A DNA stretch of 64,000 bases from the human T2T-CHM13v2.0 reference genome, Homo sapiens, in assembly GCF_009914755.1 (NCBI RefSeq), contig NC_060926.1; one strand, written 5' to 3'. This document shows, piece by piece, positions 14,880 to 28,119 of the stretch. How positions within the stretch are numbered: position 1 is the first letter of the stretch; each line of letters starts with the position of its first letter. The notes beneath the pieces are model-generated. The model was not told the origin of the DNA, made no database searches, and saw only the letters and a program-made list of their open reading frames with translations. The position numbers and the translations under genes were made by a program.

Positions 14880-15960
14880 TGGCCAACTGTGTTTTTAGAG
14901 AAAGTCCCCCGGCGCTCAGGGCTTTGTGTTTTCTGGAATGCGAGGTGACAAGCCCGGTCCCAGGTGGCCCCGGACGCCGCTGGCTGCCACTTTCCCCGCC
15001 GTCCCCAGCTGTTGGAGCCGAGGCGGAGGGATGGCGCCGTCCGTCCCAGGAGGGAAACGGTGGCCCCCAAGGCCGGGACGCAGGTGGCGCTGCAGTCGGA
15101 ACTGGGATGTGGACCCCCGGCCCGGGACGCGGTTAAAAGGTCCAGCAACCCCACAGGCCCGTGGGGTCTGCGCTGCTCCAGGCGCCCGGATTCACCGTCC
15201 AGCCGGGGCCCTGACCCCGGGTCCGTCCACGCGGCTGCGATGCTCGGTCATCCTGGCTCCGGCCCACCCCGGGGAGACAGGCCCCTCACCGGCCCCTCTG
15301 AGGAGCAGGGCCAACACGCCGCGGGCTCTGCCGGCCCCGCAGGCCTCGGGTTCCATCGCAGCAGCGTGGCCTGATGACTCCATTTTGTCGCTGCGGAGGA
15401 GCCGCACCGAGTCCACAGCGCCAGTGCGGGGGAGCCGCGCCGGGGAAGAGGGAGGAGGCGCGTCCACAGCAGCCTCGTGTCTCCACATGGGACGTTTCCT
15501 CGGCGGGGACCCGGCGCGCCCAGGGGCTCAGGCTCGCTCAGGCCTACGGAGGCGGGTGTATCCGCGTCCGGCCCGACTTGTGAGGAAACAGCACACGTGA
15601 AGCGAGCGGAGTCGGCGCAGCCTGGAACAGGGTGAATCCGCAGAGTCCTCGGCCGCGCATGGCGGCTCTGTCAGCTCCAGGGACACAGGGACCGTCCCCG
15701 GGCCCATCAGCGCAATAGGGAGGGCGTCCGTGTGCCCACAGGCCCAGCTACACCTCCACAAAGCTGGGAAAGACGAACACGGGCCACCCTCAGCCACCTG
15801 CCCGGACCGCTGCGAGGCCCACGGGAGGGAAGACGCGCCCTGGCACGCGGTGTGGTAACCGCCCTTGGACGCGGCGGCGCTTTGGGCGGGAAGAACCGCG
15901 AATTCCAGAACATTTGGGATCATTTGTTAAAAGAAAAATCCTCGGGCGCCACCTAGCGCT
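14880..15960. promoter_or_regulatory. Orphan CpG island with CTCF-like motifs and an E-box
   Basis: About 1.1 kb of high GC/CpG, with an abrupt AT-rich left flank; ACGCAGGTGGCGCT (+, 15078-15091); GCGCTAGGTGGCGC (-, 15959-15946); CACGTGA at 15594-15600. Confidence 0.8.
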
Positions 15961-16725
15961 GACATGCTGCCTAACTCTTCTCAGCCCTCATTTTAGAGAA
16001 CGGAAAATGAAGCCCAAGTTATTGACTATAAAATGGGAAAAAACTAAAACATTGCAATATGCAGATTGCATCACACATATTATCTTAGCAGGTTTTCTTG
16101 CACTTGCCTTGCAGATAAATAGGACATATCTAGGTGGTGCTGTGTCCAATAAAATAACACATCTGAACTCAGGTAAGGAAGGGTTCTCTCAACAGGGAGA
16201 GGTTCCAGCCAGGAGACCCCGAAGCGTCTCCCACTCAGGAAGACATGTGCTTCTCTGATATGAGAAGGAATGACCACCGCCAGAGAGACGCCCTACGGGG
16301 GAGGATGGGCGAGATGGTCAGCGGGAGGGGTCTTAGGCTGGGGTTAGCAGACGCTTGGAGAAGCAGGCCAGGGCTTGCTACTCCTTGTACGGAGCACTGG
16401 ATGGCTCCGTCACTGTGGGTGTCTCGTCCACCGTGGTCAGTTACTTGTGAGACAAGAACAGGGAATTTGGAAGGTCTGAGCTTGGCCTGCCCGGGTAGAA
16501 AGAGAACCCCTGGGTCTCCTCTACGACCTGCGAGGAAGGTGATCTTCGCAGGGAACCATTTCTGGAACGTGGAGGGTGGAGCTTCTTGACCATCCTTTTG
16601 CAGGGCCTCGAAACTCAGGTGAAGTTCGGTGTCAGTAGAAACTCTGTGTTGCTTCTACGCATGGCTGGACACATGTGCTTCTAGCCTTGGCCACTTGATT
16701 CCTGGTTGTATAGGTTTTATGTGTA

Positions 16726-18278
16726 CAGTCATGCATTGCTTAACGCTGGGGGTACATTCTGAGAAATGCATTGTTAGGCAATTTTGTCATTGTGCAAACA
16801 TCAAAACATCATAGGGTATATGTGAACAGAGTCTAGAAGTTACAGCCTATGACACACCTCAGCCATAAGGTGTAGCCTCGTGCTCCTAGGCTACAAACCT
16901 GTACAGCAGATGGCTGTGCTGGAACTGCAGGTAGCTGTAACACAGTGGAGAGTGTGTATCTAAACATAGCTACACGTGGAAGAGGTGCAGTAAAAATATG
17001 GTATAAAAGATAAACATGGTGCACCTGTATAGGGCACTTACCACGAAAGGAGCTTGCAGGATGGAAGTTGTTGCTCTGGGTGTTGGTGAGTGAGTGGTGA
17101 GTGTCTGTGAAGGCCTAGACTCTCAGACATTTCTGTCCACTACTGTTGACTTTATATACACTGTACACTTAGGCAACACTCAGTTCATCGCAAATATTTC
17201 TCTTTTCTCAATAATAAATTAAGCTTAGCTTAACCTTAATGAAATAACTTTTTACTTTATAAACTTTTAAGTTTTTAATCTTTTTGACTCTTTGTAATAA
17301 CACTTGGCTTAAAACACAAACACATTGTACAGATGTACAAAAATATTCTCTTTGTTTATATCCTTGTTCTATAAGCTTTTTTAATTTTATTTTTACTTTT
17401 ACTTTTTTTAACCTTTTTTGTTAAAATCTGAGACACAAACACACACATTAACCTAGGCCTACACAGGGTCAGGATCGTCAACATCACTATCCTAACCCTA
17501 ACCCTCCACATCTTGTTCCCTGGAAGGTCCTCAGGGGCAGTAACACACATGGCGCTGTCATCTCTAATGCCTTCTTCTGGAATCCTCCCCGAAGGGTCTG
17601 CCGCAGACTGTTTGACTGTTAACCAGTTTTTTTTTTTTTAAGTAGAAGGGGTACATTCTAAAATAATGCTAAAAATATAGTGTAGCAGCAGTCCCCAACC
17701 TTCTTGGCACCAGGGACTGGTTTTGTGGAAGACAGTTTTTCCATGGACCAGAGTTGAGGGGAATGGTTTCTGGATAAAACAGTTCCAGCTCAGATCATCA
17801 GGCATTAGATTCTCATAAGGAGTGCACAACCTAGATCCCTCTCACGCACAGTTCACAACAGGGCTCTCACTGGATTCTCCTGTGAGAATCCAGTGCCGCT
17901 GCTGATCTGACAGGAGGCAGAGCTCAGGCAGTGACACTCACTCACATGCCATTCACCTCCTGCTGTGCCACAGTTCCTAACAGGCCACAGGCTGGTACTG
18001 GTTTACGGCCTGGGGATTGGGAACCCCTGTAGAATAATAGATACATGAAAGAGCGACACAGTCATTTATTATTAATCATACTGTACATAGTTGTGTGTGC
18101 TACACTTTTATACAACTAGCAGTGCGACAGGTTTGTTTACACCAGCGTCAGCACCCACACGTAAGGAAAGTGTTGTATTGGGACCTTAGCATGGTTACAA
18201 TGGCTGCATCTGTCCTGGGCAGCAGGGATTTTCAGTATATGCAGCCCATTCTTTACCGAAATGTTATGTGGCCCATGA
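16726..18278. mobile_element. Tigger3b-like TcMar DNA transposon, interrupted by MER1B
   Basis: Begins TA|CAGTCATGCATTGCTTAACG...CTGAGAAATGC and contains gctcctaggctacaaacctgtacagc; degenerate opposite terminus (accgaaatgttatgtggcccatga). Confidence 0.85.
17686..18029 (-). mobile_element. MER1B-like hAT-Charlie element nested in Tigger3b
   Basis: Terminal inverted repeats cagcagtccccaacc / attgggaacccctg; internal ggcattagattctcataagg and cctagatccct. Confidence 0.85.
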
Positions 18279-19419
18279 ACACATATGCGTATGTATAGAT
18301 ATGACGAACTGTCAGTAGGTGTGCACAAAATTAGGAACCTCTAATCTCCAGAGAAAACAATCCCTACTTTTGCTCAAAATAAAGAAGCACAGGTTAACTA
18401 AGACATTGACTTGATGGGGAAACCCTGGTTGTTCCTCTCAGTCTGGCAGTTCTAGGGTCTTGAATTAATGAGAACATCAACTGTGTGAGTTAACATTGTG
18501 AGTACACAGTCCTCAAATGGATGCCAGGAAGAACCCAAGAGCTCTGCCCTCTCTCCAGCATCCCCCGTGACTGTCTCACCCGTGGAGACACCGGGCTTGT
18601 ATCTTTAATGTCTGCTGTATTAGCTGGAATCATTCCCAAGGTGCTGATTTTGTAGAATACAAACTGTAGAATATTGGCAGTCTCACCTGTAGAGAATCAA
18701 ACGAGTGAGCCGCCAAGGTGCTGTTGAGGATTGCATGTCTGCACCCACAGCCATGCTTGTGACTGCCAGGGAAGCTGGAGGCCACCAAGCCACAGAAAAA
18801 CAGTGGAACGGAGCCTTTTGGATCTGCTCACAAAATATGGCAACTCTTAGAAAACAAACAAAACTGTGAGGCACAGTCACATTAACCTGCACCCGTGAGG
18901 GCATCTCAGTTCTTTGTCTTAAACGCCCCAGAGGAGATGTAAATGAGGGTAATTGACCAAATCCCAGAACTCTTGGCTGGAACTAGGTGGTTCAAAGACA
19001 TTTTTGGATGAGGTTCTTAAATTCTAATAAATTACTCTACATTTAGAGGTGCTAGTAACTGGGCCTCATCACAAGAGTGAACCCCAGACCTCGCAGGATG
19101 AGAGAGACAGTTAATTTTGACAAAGAAAATGCATCTGAACATTAATGTTGTCAATGTCCTAGAATTCCAGGTGTCTTTAATTTAGTCAGCATGTGAAACA
19201 AACTTTCTATACATGGTTTTATCTTAACACACAAGCTAAGTCTCCAAAAAAATCTCAGGATTGCAATTAGCTCAAAGAGCTTAAGCTAATCAAATAGCTT
19301 TTAAAATTAAGTTTTAATGCCTGCTGCTATATTAATGTGCTATATTTCTGTGGCTGAATCTATGCACATTTTAGAGATTCATTGCTTAAAGTTGTGCTTC
19401 CAAAAATTACCCAAAGAAA

Positions 19420-20062
19420 ATTTCACATATCCATAGACATAGGCACACCACCCACCACATATATACACATATGCACACAAGCTCACAGACGCCAATACAC
19501 ACACATGAACACATATACAGCATGCACACATATACACACTTGTACACAGGTGCACACACACCCATATATGCAGATATATACACACATGCACATGCATACT
19601 TATACACATTTATACATACATGCATATGTGCACACACACCCATATTCACATATACACACCCATATGAACATGTGTATGTATACAAATACACATACACAAT
19701 TGTACACTTTTATACATACATGCATGTGTGCACACACCCATATAAACACACATACATACTACCTACACATGCACACACACACTTTTACACATTTATGCAT
19801 ACATGCACATGTGCACATGCACCCATATAAACACATATGCACCCACATGAACACATATATACACACATGCACACACATATACTATTGTACACATTTATAC
19901 ATAAATGCACATGTGCACACTCACCCATACACACACCCACATGAACCCACATATATACATACATGCACACACATACACACTTGTACACATTTATACATAC
20001 ATGCACATGTGCACACACACCCATGTACACACACCCATTCACATATACACACACACACACAG
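19420..20062. repeat. Long degenerate (CA/CATA)n microsatellite
   Basis: About 640 bp of cacacatatacac-type units; source of the His/Thr and Cys/Val ORFs. Confidence 0.9.
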
Positions 20063-22997
20063 CCCAACTAGAGCATGGATATTTTGTTCCATGACACTCC
20101 CTTTCATTGAATCTGGATCTGCACCAAGCACTGGAGACTCAACAGGCAGACGGCTGCTGTGACTTCTCCCAGGACAGCGTCTGCACTGACAACAGCATGG
20201 AGTTGGCTGACGAGCCTTCTCCACTACTAAGTTACAAGGGTTTACACGGTGGTGTCAGGGAACATAGGCAGGGAACTTAACCAACAAGTATAGGAACAGG
20301 GAAAATTCAGGAAAGAGCTGAGCCTCAGGAATTCTGAAAACTGCATGCATGCTTTTCAGAGTTCCTAGGGAGTTGCAAATCATCATTGCAAATTTAGTTC
20401 AGTGCAATGCATTTGGATGGAAGGCCTATTACTGCAAAGCACCGCAAGGAAAGAAACAGGTTTTGTTATCTCTTTTGAGCACGTGACTCGCTGGGAAGGC
20501 TGGATGTGAAACACTGCCTCCGACCTGATGAAGGTTATGACGAGGAATGTAAGGAGGTTTAAGAGCACCTGTGAGGAACATGAAGAAAAGAAAGAAGGAA
20601 ATCTAACTGGGAAGACCTTAAAGGCCAGTTGGGGAAGTTGGGGGCTCTGGATGGGTTTGAAGGAGACACTGGAACTTGGCGGGAAGGTGCAGGGGAGGCA
20701 CCGTTGCCAAGCAGCATCCCCACGGGGCCCCACAGCGCACACTGAGCTAAGAGGACGGTCACCCTCCTCTCAATGCAAACAGGCACTTCTTCATACAGAC
20801 GCTATGACTAATTCACCCAGGACTTGCCGGAAATGAATTCTAACGTGAGGAATTTAAAGAGATTGTGCCATGTTAGAACCTCAGTTCCCACCTGCCGTTA
20901 CTGTGCCCCACGTGTGATAAACTCAGAAGTCTCCAGTTTGACGTTCCGCGCTGCATTCAGGTGATGGTCATTCAGCTCCGTGATACGCACCACGTGAGCA
21001 CCTGTAAATGGACATCATGAGCCGGTTCCACTGTGGGCCACGCTCTACATCTCCACTCACATCGTAAACAGTCCTTGTCTTGGGGTCTGGTCTCCTTGAC
21101 TTTTTCAAAGTTTGCCCCTAACTAGGAAGGGGTCGACCCTGAAATGGAAAATCGCTTTCTGAGGCATAAGAAAGAGCACAGAAAGTGAGAGCCAGGGTGT
21201 GTGAGGCCTTCCGTGACTGCCACGCTCTCTACTCCATTTCTGCCCCAGCTCAGAGGGTCTGACTGTTCATTTTTCCCAAGAAAGTGGGATGAGCAACGTG
21301 CACGTGGCTGGTGGAGCTGGGGCTGGCGTGCAGGTCTTCTGGCTCCAGACGTGGTTCAGAACCCCAAGATCAGCCTGGCTCCTCAGCCTGACCACGTCCT
21401 TGGGGCAGCACAGGGTTAAGCCAGCAGCGAGTGACGCCTGGGTCCCCGGAGCCCCCACTTCCGCGATAGTGCCCAGGGTATTCACCTTGAGAACTGGCGT
21501 CCACAAGACTAACAGTGTCTTGCATGAATTCTATCAACTACTAATTCTCACTGCTACTAATTCTCACTGCAAAAGACGAGCCTTTCAAACTAATAATGTA
21601 GAGGTTATCATAAAAATGAAATGTTGCATTCCAAAGCTCAACTTATATGATTCTTAGATTCCACTTTGCAGAGGCAGATACAGAAGTTTGGGGGCTGGAA
21701 CTCACACAGTTTGCAGAACCCTCTTTGAGAAAAAGAGCACGCAGGGCCCTGTGGACAGGCCCTGAGACGCAGAGGCGACCCTGAGCCCCCAAGCTCTGGG
21801 GCCAGCAGATTCCGCATTTCATCAGCAGGAATGATCCTGCCAACTTGCTCTCTTCCCTTTCCCTGGATTAAGTCTGTTCTTCCTCTTCTGCCAGTCTTGC
21901 GTGGACACCAACTCCCATGAAGATTTGGGAATCACAGATGATGTTTTAAAACAAGGCATGTGTCATCGAAGGTTTTAAGTAACAGGAATCATTAGATCAG
22001 AGACAGCCTTTAAAAGGGTGAGGTGGAGCCACCCCACTCAGCCCCGCCATTCGAGAATCCAGTTCCCCTCCACCTTCCACTTTGTATCCAGGTAAAAATG
22101 AACACAAAGGGGACTGGCCTGGGGAGGAAAGGACCCAGAAGAAGAGAGAGGATGAGAAAGGGCCTCGGCATTGCCAGGAATGTTGAGAACAGGCGGGAGG
22201 TAAGCACAGAGGTGGATGAAGGGGGCTACCATGGGGTGGGGAGAGCTCCAGGCTTCCCTGGCTCTGGGCTGTGGGCCCTCACCTGTGAGCCGCTGCCTAC
22301 ACGGGTGTCCCTCCCGCACCTTAGTCCTCTGCATCAGCTCTGCCTGGAGGTGAGGATTGCACACTTAGGCTGACGTAAGCTGCCCCAGCAAGTGTGCTTG
22401 AGCCCCCTGGCTCTGGGACATGTCCTGATAGCAAGGCCAGAGGGAGCTGAGTAACCGGATGTATGCAGCACCCCTGGGAGACACTGACGCCCCCATGTCC
22501 CCTTTCGTCATAGGATGACGGTGGAGTTTACTTCTATGTGTGGTTTCTATAAAGCGAGTTTGTACATGTCACTTCCAAATCTGATTTCAGAGAACAGGAA
22601 TCAGTGATTTGTGGATACCCAAAAGTGGGACTAGTTTGAACTCAGTGGACTGGTTGGGTTTCATCCAGGGAGGTCAGGTCACCACATCTTGGTTCTCTTG
22701 TTATCAACAATTAAAGCATGATTGGCATTTATGTCATTTTAGGTAATTTACCAAATATGTGCTGATAACATCGCTGCAGTTTCAGTGATGAAATTGGTGG
22801 AACAGCTCAGAGGGATTTTTACCCAGCAGCCATTTTTCCTCTGAGTTTGTCGTACCAGCTCTTTCTTTCCCAGAAAATACAATTCTGGGTGTTTTATTTT
22901 CTTTCTCTCTGTTAGATTGCAACCTCCGACACCCAGCTCACATGACACAGGCTCTGTCTGCCTCTTAGGCTCATATCTGCACAGAGTTGTGCAGCTC

Positions 22998-23850
22998 TGC
23001 AATATGCAATCATAGAGTGAATGAAGGTATGGAGGATAAATATGCAATTGTAGAGTGAATGAAAGGATGGAGGATACAATATGCAATCATAGGTGAATGA
23101 AGATATGGAGATTACAGTAGGCAATTGTAGAGTGAATGAAAGGATGGAGGATACAATATGCAATCATAGGTGAATGAAGATATGGAGATTACAGTAGGCA
23201 ATTGTAGAGTGAATGAAGGGCTGGAGGATACAGTATGCGATTGCAGTGTGAATGAATGGATGGAGGATACAGTAGGCAATTGTAGAGTGAATGAAGGGCT
23301 GGAGGATACAGTATGCAATTGTAGAGTAAATGAAGGGCTGGAGGATACAGTATGGGATTGTAGAGTGAATGAATGGATGGAGGATACAGTATGCGATTGC
23401 AGTGTGAATGAATGGATGGAGGATACAGTATGCGATTGCAGTGTGAATGAATGGATGGAGGATACAGTAGGCAATTGTAGAGTGAATGAAGGGCTGGAGG
23501 ATACAGTATGCAATTGTAGAGTAAATGAAGGGATGGAGGATACAGTATGGGATTGTAGAGTGAATGAAGGGCTGGAGGATACAGTATGCGATTGCAGTGT
23601 GAATGAATGGATGGAGGATACAGTATGCGATTGCAGTGTGAATGAATGGATGGAGGATACAGTATGCGATTGCAGTGTGAATGAATGGATGGAGGATACA
23701 GTATGCGATTGTAGAGTGAATGAAGGGCTGGAAGATACAGTATGCGATTGCAGTGTGAATGAATGGATGGAGGATACAGTATGCGATTGCAGTGTGAATG
23801 AATGGATGGAGGATACAGTATGCGATTGCAGTGTGAATGAATGGATGGAG
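22998..23850. repeat. 39-bp minisatellite (VNTR), about 22 copies
   Basis: Unit GATACAGTATGCGATTGCAGTGTGAATGAATGGATGGAG with interspersed variants; 13-aa periodicity in the ORF track. Confidence 0.95.
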
Positions 23851-24418
23851 GTAAGTGCATCCAAACAAACTGAATTTGCATCACATCAAGATCCTTGTAG
23901 TTTTAAAGATAATTACAACTGGGAGTTTTTGGAACACAGTAATGTATATTTTTTACAAATATGATTTTTCCAAGAGAAAAAATAACTTGCTAACCCGACG
24001 AGTGTTTGCACATGTGGTGCGTATTTTACCATGAATGTCTAAAGCAGGGTCAGTTTTATGAAGTCGTGATTACTATCGTGGTGCGTTTGGCAGAGAAGAA
24101 GGCTTAGGGCTCCCCCACATCCACATTCTCTCTGTCGGCCACACTTGCTCACTGTGGACACTTCCCAGCCCCTTCCCAGAGGTGAGGTCTCCTGCTAGCA
24201 CTGGCTTAGAAGATGTAGGCAGAGATGACAAGTGACACTTCCTGTCGTCTGCCTACAAGTTCCCAAAGATCCTCCCCTTTCTTGCTCTGTTTTCACCTCC
24301 AGAATAAGCGTGAATGAGCCCTGGAAGATGCACGGTCTGGACAGATGGAGCCTGGGGCAGGGTCCCACAGCCACCCGCACAGAGGAAGTGCACTGGCTGT
24401 GTTACAGTGATGTCAGCT

Positions 24419-24517
24419 GGGGTTGGCATCTTCCAGCAGCCAGCCTCACTTGCCTGCTAAGCATGGTGGCACCTGGGGCTGGCGTCTTCCAGCAGCTGGC
24501 CTCACTCGCCTGCTAAG
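24419..24517. repeat. Two-copy tandem duplication, about 56 bp
   Basis: gggg(t/c)tggc(a/g)tcttccagcagc..gcctcact.gcctgctaag occurs twice. Confidence 0.8.
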
Positions 24518-26045
24518 GCACGAGGATCATCCTATCAGAGACTCCTTATGAGGCAGAGAAGTGGGTGGAATGGGGAGTCTTTACAATGAGAAAATTGTGG
24601 CTCAGGAAGCTAAGGAGGCTTCTATGTAGGGAGGCTGTGAACATCATGGAAGCACGTTCATGCCGGGACGTGAAAAGCGGTGACAATATGAAGTGCTTCA
24701 AATCCCAGTTGCATTTGTGTTTCAACCTGACTTTTTTTTTAATTAAGATATTTCTATTTGTAGAACAGTTGTGAGCATAGCCCATAAGCGTGGGAAGTAA
24801 TCCCATCTAAAATGTTTCAAGGAGGCAGGTTTCTCATCCCATAGAACAGTTGCTTTCTCTCTGCAGCCTGGTGATGCTCACATTTGTCTTTTGAAGAGGT
24901 AAGTTTGAAAAAAGGGTAGTTCTCCAGGTTGTCTGTATATTTCTCCCTTATAAATCCCAAACCATAATTCAACTTCAAGTATTTAGACTAGGCTTTAAGT
25001 ATTTAGACTAGAGCCAAATAGAATAAAATCCTTATGCATTTATACATGCAACTTTGCTAACTATAATGGTGGTATTTTTTTCCTAATAAGAATTTTGCAA
25101 CAAGGAAAAAAAAAAAGAGGGAATCTGAACAGAGTTGAGGGCAAAGGTGTTTTAGTAAAATAGTTGGTCACTGATTAGCTAATAGATGTCCTTACTCAAA
25201 ATTCCAGTCCACCCAAGTGTTCTGGGGAAACCTGCACAACCTCGAAGGTGGTGTTTGGAGTCACTGAGAAGTGGGTTTAGTCCAGTGCGGCTCATGATTC
25301 CTGGCAACCCTGGCCCACATCAGTGAGGTAATCTTTTCAAAACGACTCTGAAATGCATCTTTAATGAATTAAGTATAGCACACCTGCAGGCAATTGAAGT
25401 AACATGTACCTTCAGTTTCCATCTTCAGCTCTCAGAAACCACACGCTTGTTACGGCAATCAATACCATTGCCATTTTGTATTCCCAAAACATGGGCTTTG
25501 TGCCAGCCACATCTGTCTTGGAAGAAAGAAAATTATTTTTTCCCAATGTTCATGTCACTTGGTTTGGTAGAAGACCCTTTTGAGGCTGTGGTTCAGTGAA
25601 AAGGTCTTATTTCTTGCAGCATATCACCCTGCAGATGCCATGTTTCAATAGAACTACCAGAGATAAAAACCAGAGATTTCTTTAATTCTCTAATAACTAT
25701 TTACTGGACACTATTCTACATGCCCTGGGAGGACACAAAAATCATGATGTAGCCCTAGATCTTGAAATAGCAATTATATCAATCCTTGTTTTATTATTTT
25801 TTTGTATGATCTGGTTCCTACCTTGATGGAAATTACCATCTGGCTAGATACATTAAATGGATAGTTAAGATCCTGCTAACACGGGCTACTATTTGTTAAG
25901 TGATGCCAACATGCCACACCCCAGATAAATAAGTTTTCCACGATTCTGCGTCGTTATCACAAGAGCATCGTGAGTGGGGATGAGACCCCCCCATATTCAA
26001 CTGAAACTGAGAGACTCACAGAGGTGAAATATTTTGCAAAATTCA

Positions 26046-26385
<340 letters not shown>

Positions 26386-26439
26386 TCATGGCCAGGTGGA
26401 GACTCTGAAGCAGCCTGAGTGAGCCACGTACTCCAGCCC

Positions 26440-26690
26440 AGCCAGTGCCGTTGACCATGAGCCCCAGCACATGGGAGGGGGACGGCCCTGCCCTCCTGTA
26501 CCCCCTGCATAGGGCATGTCTGCGGGGAGTTCCCCTGTAGGTCTGGACGGGGCTGGGATGGCTGATACTGGAGGAACCCGGGAACCTGCAGGCACACCTG
26601 GCATGAGCAAAACAACCATTTTCTGTTTTATGCCACTGAGAGCTGGGGCCATTTCTTATTACAGAATGACCAGGTCTGTTTTGACAGTCA
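26440..26690 (+). mobile_element. MLT1-family (MaLR) LTR remnant
   Basis: MLT1-like 3' end tgagcaaaacaaccattttctgttttatgccactgagagctgggg...ttattacag. Confidence 0.45.
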
Positions 26691-27039
26691 CCAAAGGAGC
26701 GTGGAGCACCGTATGGGGAGGAGGGGAAGAGAGCAGGCCAGGAACAAGGGTGCAGGCCAGGAATAAGGGTTTTAGGATGTGGGGTGTGCGGGGGCCAGTG
26801 AAGTGTCTGCTGAAAGTGGCTTTGAGAACAAAATTGTAATAGTTTTGAAGCAGAAGCCAGATTGAGGCAAGTGGGACGCATGTGTCTTCATGAACTGAGT
26901 TCTTCCAAAAAATCTTTTTTAAATGACAAGATTACTCGTGGTTGATAGACTTTTGACCATTTCTAGAGATAAGAAGGGCGCCTATCAAAACTCACCATCA
27001 AAACTCACAGAAGGTTGATGCCATCACGGCAGCCATGCA

Positions 27040-27141
27040 GCCACCGGCCCTTCCAGGTTCCTGGGCTCTGCTGTGTGCCCGGCCTCACTGCACCGGCCCT
27101 TCCAGGTTCCCAGGATCTGCTGCATGCCCGGCCTCACTGCA
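27040..27141. repeat. Two-copy tandem duplication, about 48 bp
   Basis: caccggcccttccaggttcc...gcccggcctcactgc occurs twice. Confidence 0.8.
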
Positions 27142-27801
27142 TGGCTGCATTGTCAGCCGCTCCCGGCCTGGGTCGGGGTCAGTCGCTGGCACCGAGGTTT
27201 CTATACGGATCTTAGACAAGAGCTCAGTCTCATTAGGGCCATGATTAGTGATGGCATCTGTGTAAGACGTTGTCCTGAGATGTCCCAGTGCAAAGCAGCA
27301 CATCTGCCCACCACGCCAGGGGCCCTGAGGGTGGGTCCAGGCCCAGCTCAGCCCAGGCCTCAGGCGAGGGCAGTGGACAGAGGTCACTGACAAGTCGCTG
27401 GAGGGCTCGGTCCTTCCTGACTGTGGTGGAGGCAACCAGGAGGCCCCCCAACCAGGTCACTTCCTTCACCAAAGCAGGCAGGCTGAGAAGCCCATCGCCA
27501 TTCCAGCCAGTGGGGCCAGCTCTTCTGAGCCTAACTGTGGACCCTGGCACCATTCTGTGTGTCAGGGCACCAGGGACAGCCCTCGCTCCAGGGAGGGCCT
27601 CCTGGGGCAGCCCGTGAACGCTGCCCACATAAGGGTCAGCTGAGGCTGAGTGAGAAATAATTGAGTTAATAATAAACGAAATCGAACTCTAATCAAAGCA
27701 CAGGATATTTTTTTAAAATCATAATCACAGACCAGTTGGATAGTGGGTGTCCTGAGGCTCTGACCCTTAGGGTGAAGGAAGAAAGCAGAGAAAGGCAAGA
27801 G

Positions 27802-28119
27802 CTGACCCACAGACACGGGGTCAATGCGTCCAGGGGACTCACAGACATGGGACCAAGGGACCCACAGACGCGGGGTCAGCATGGACCAGTGGACTCACAG
27901 ACATGGGACCAAGGGACCCACAGACGCGGGGTCAGCATGGACCAGTGGACTCACAGACACGGGACCAAGGGACCCACAGATGCGGAGTCAGCATGGACCA
28001 GGGGACTCACAGACACGGGACCAAGGGACCCACAGATGCGGGGTCAGCATGGACCAGTGAACTCACAGACACGGGACCAAGGGACCCATAGATGCAGGGT
28101 CAGCGCAGACCAGGGGACT
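27802..28119. repeat. 56-bp minisatellite, about 5.5 copies
   Basis: Unit GACTCACAGACAYGGGACCAAGGGACCCACAGAYGCGGGGTCAGCATGGACCAGTG; period measured 27841/27897/27953. Confidence 0.95.

Noticed and set aside
14735-15956. Overlapping ORFs up to 224 aa in the orphan CpG island
   Set aside because: Stop-codon depletion is expected at very high GC; Pro/Arg/Ala/Gly-biased with no recognisable domain.
19379-20162. His/Thr-rich 229-aa ORF and Cys/Val-rich antisense ORFs
   Set aside because: Products of the CA/CATA microsatellite.
23112-23964. 231-264-aa ORFs on both strands
   Set aside because: Translations of the 39-bp VNTR (13-aa period).
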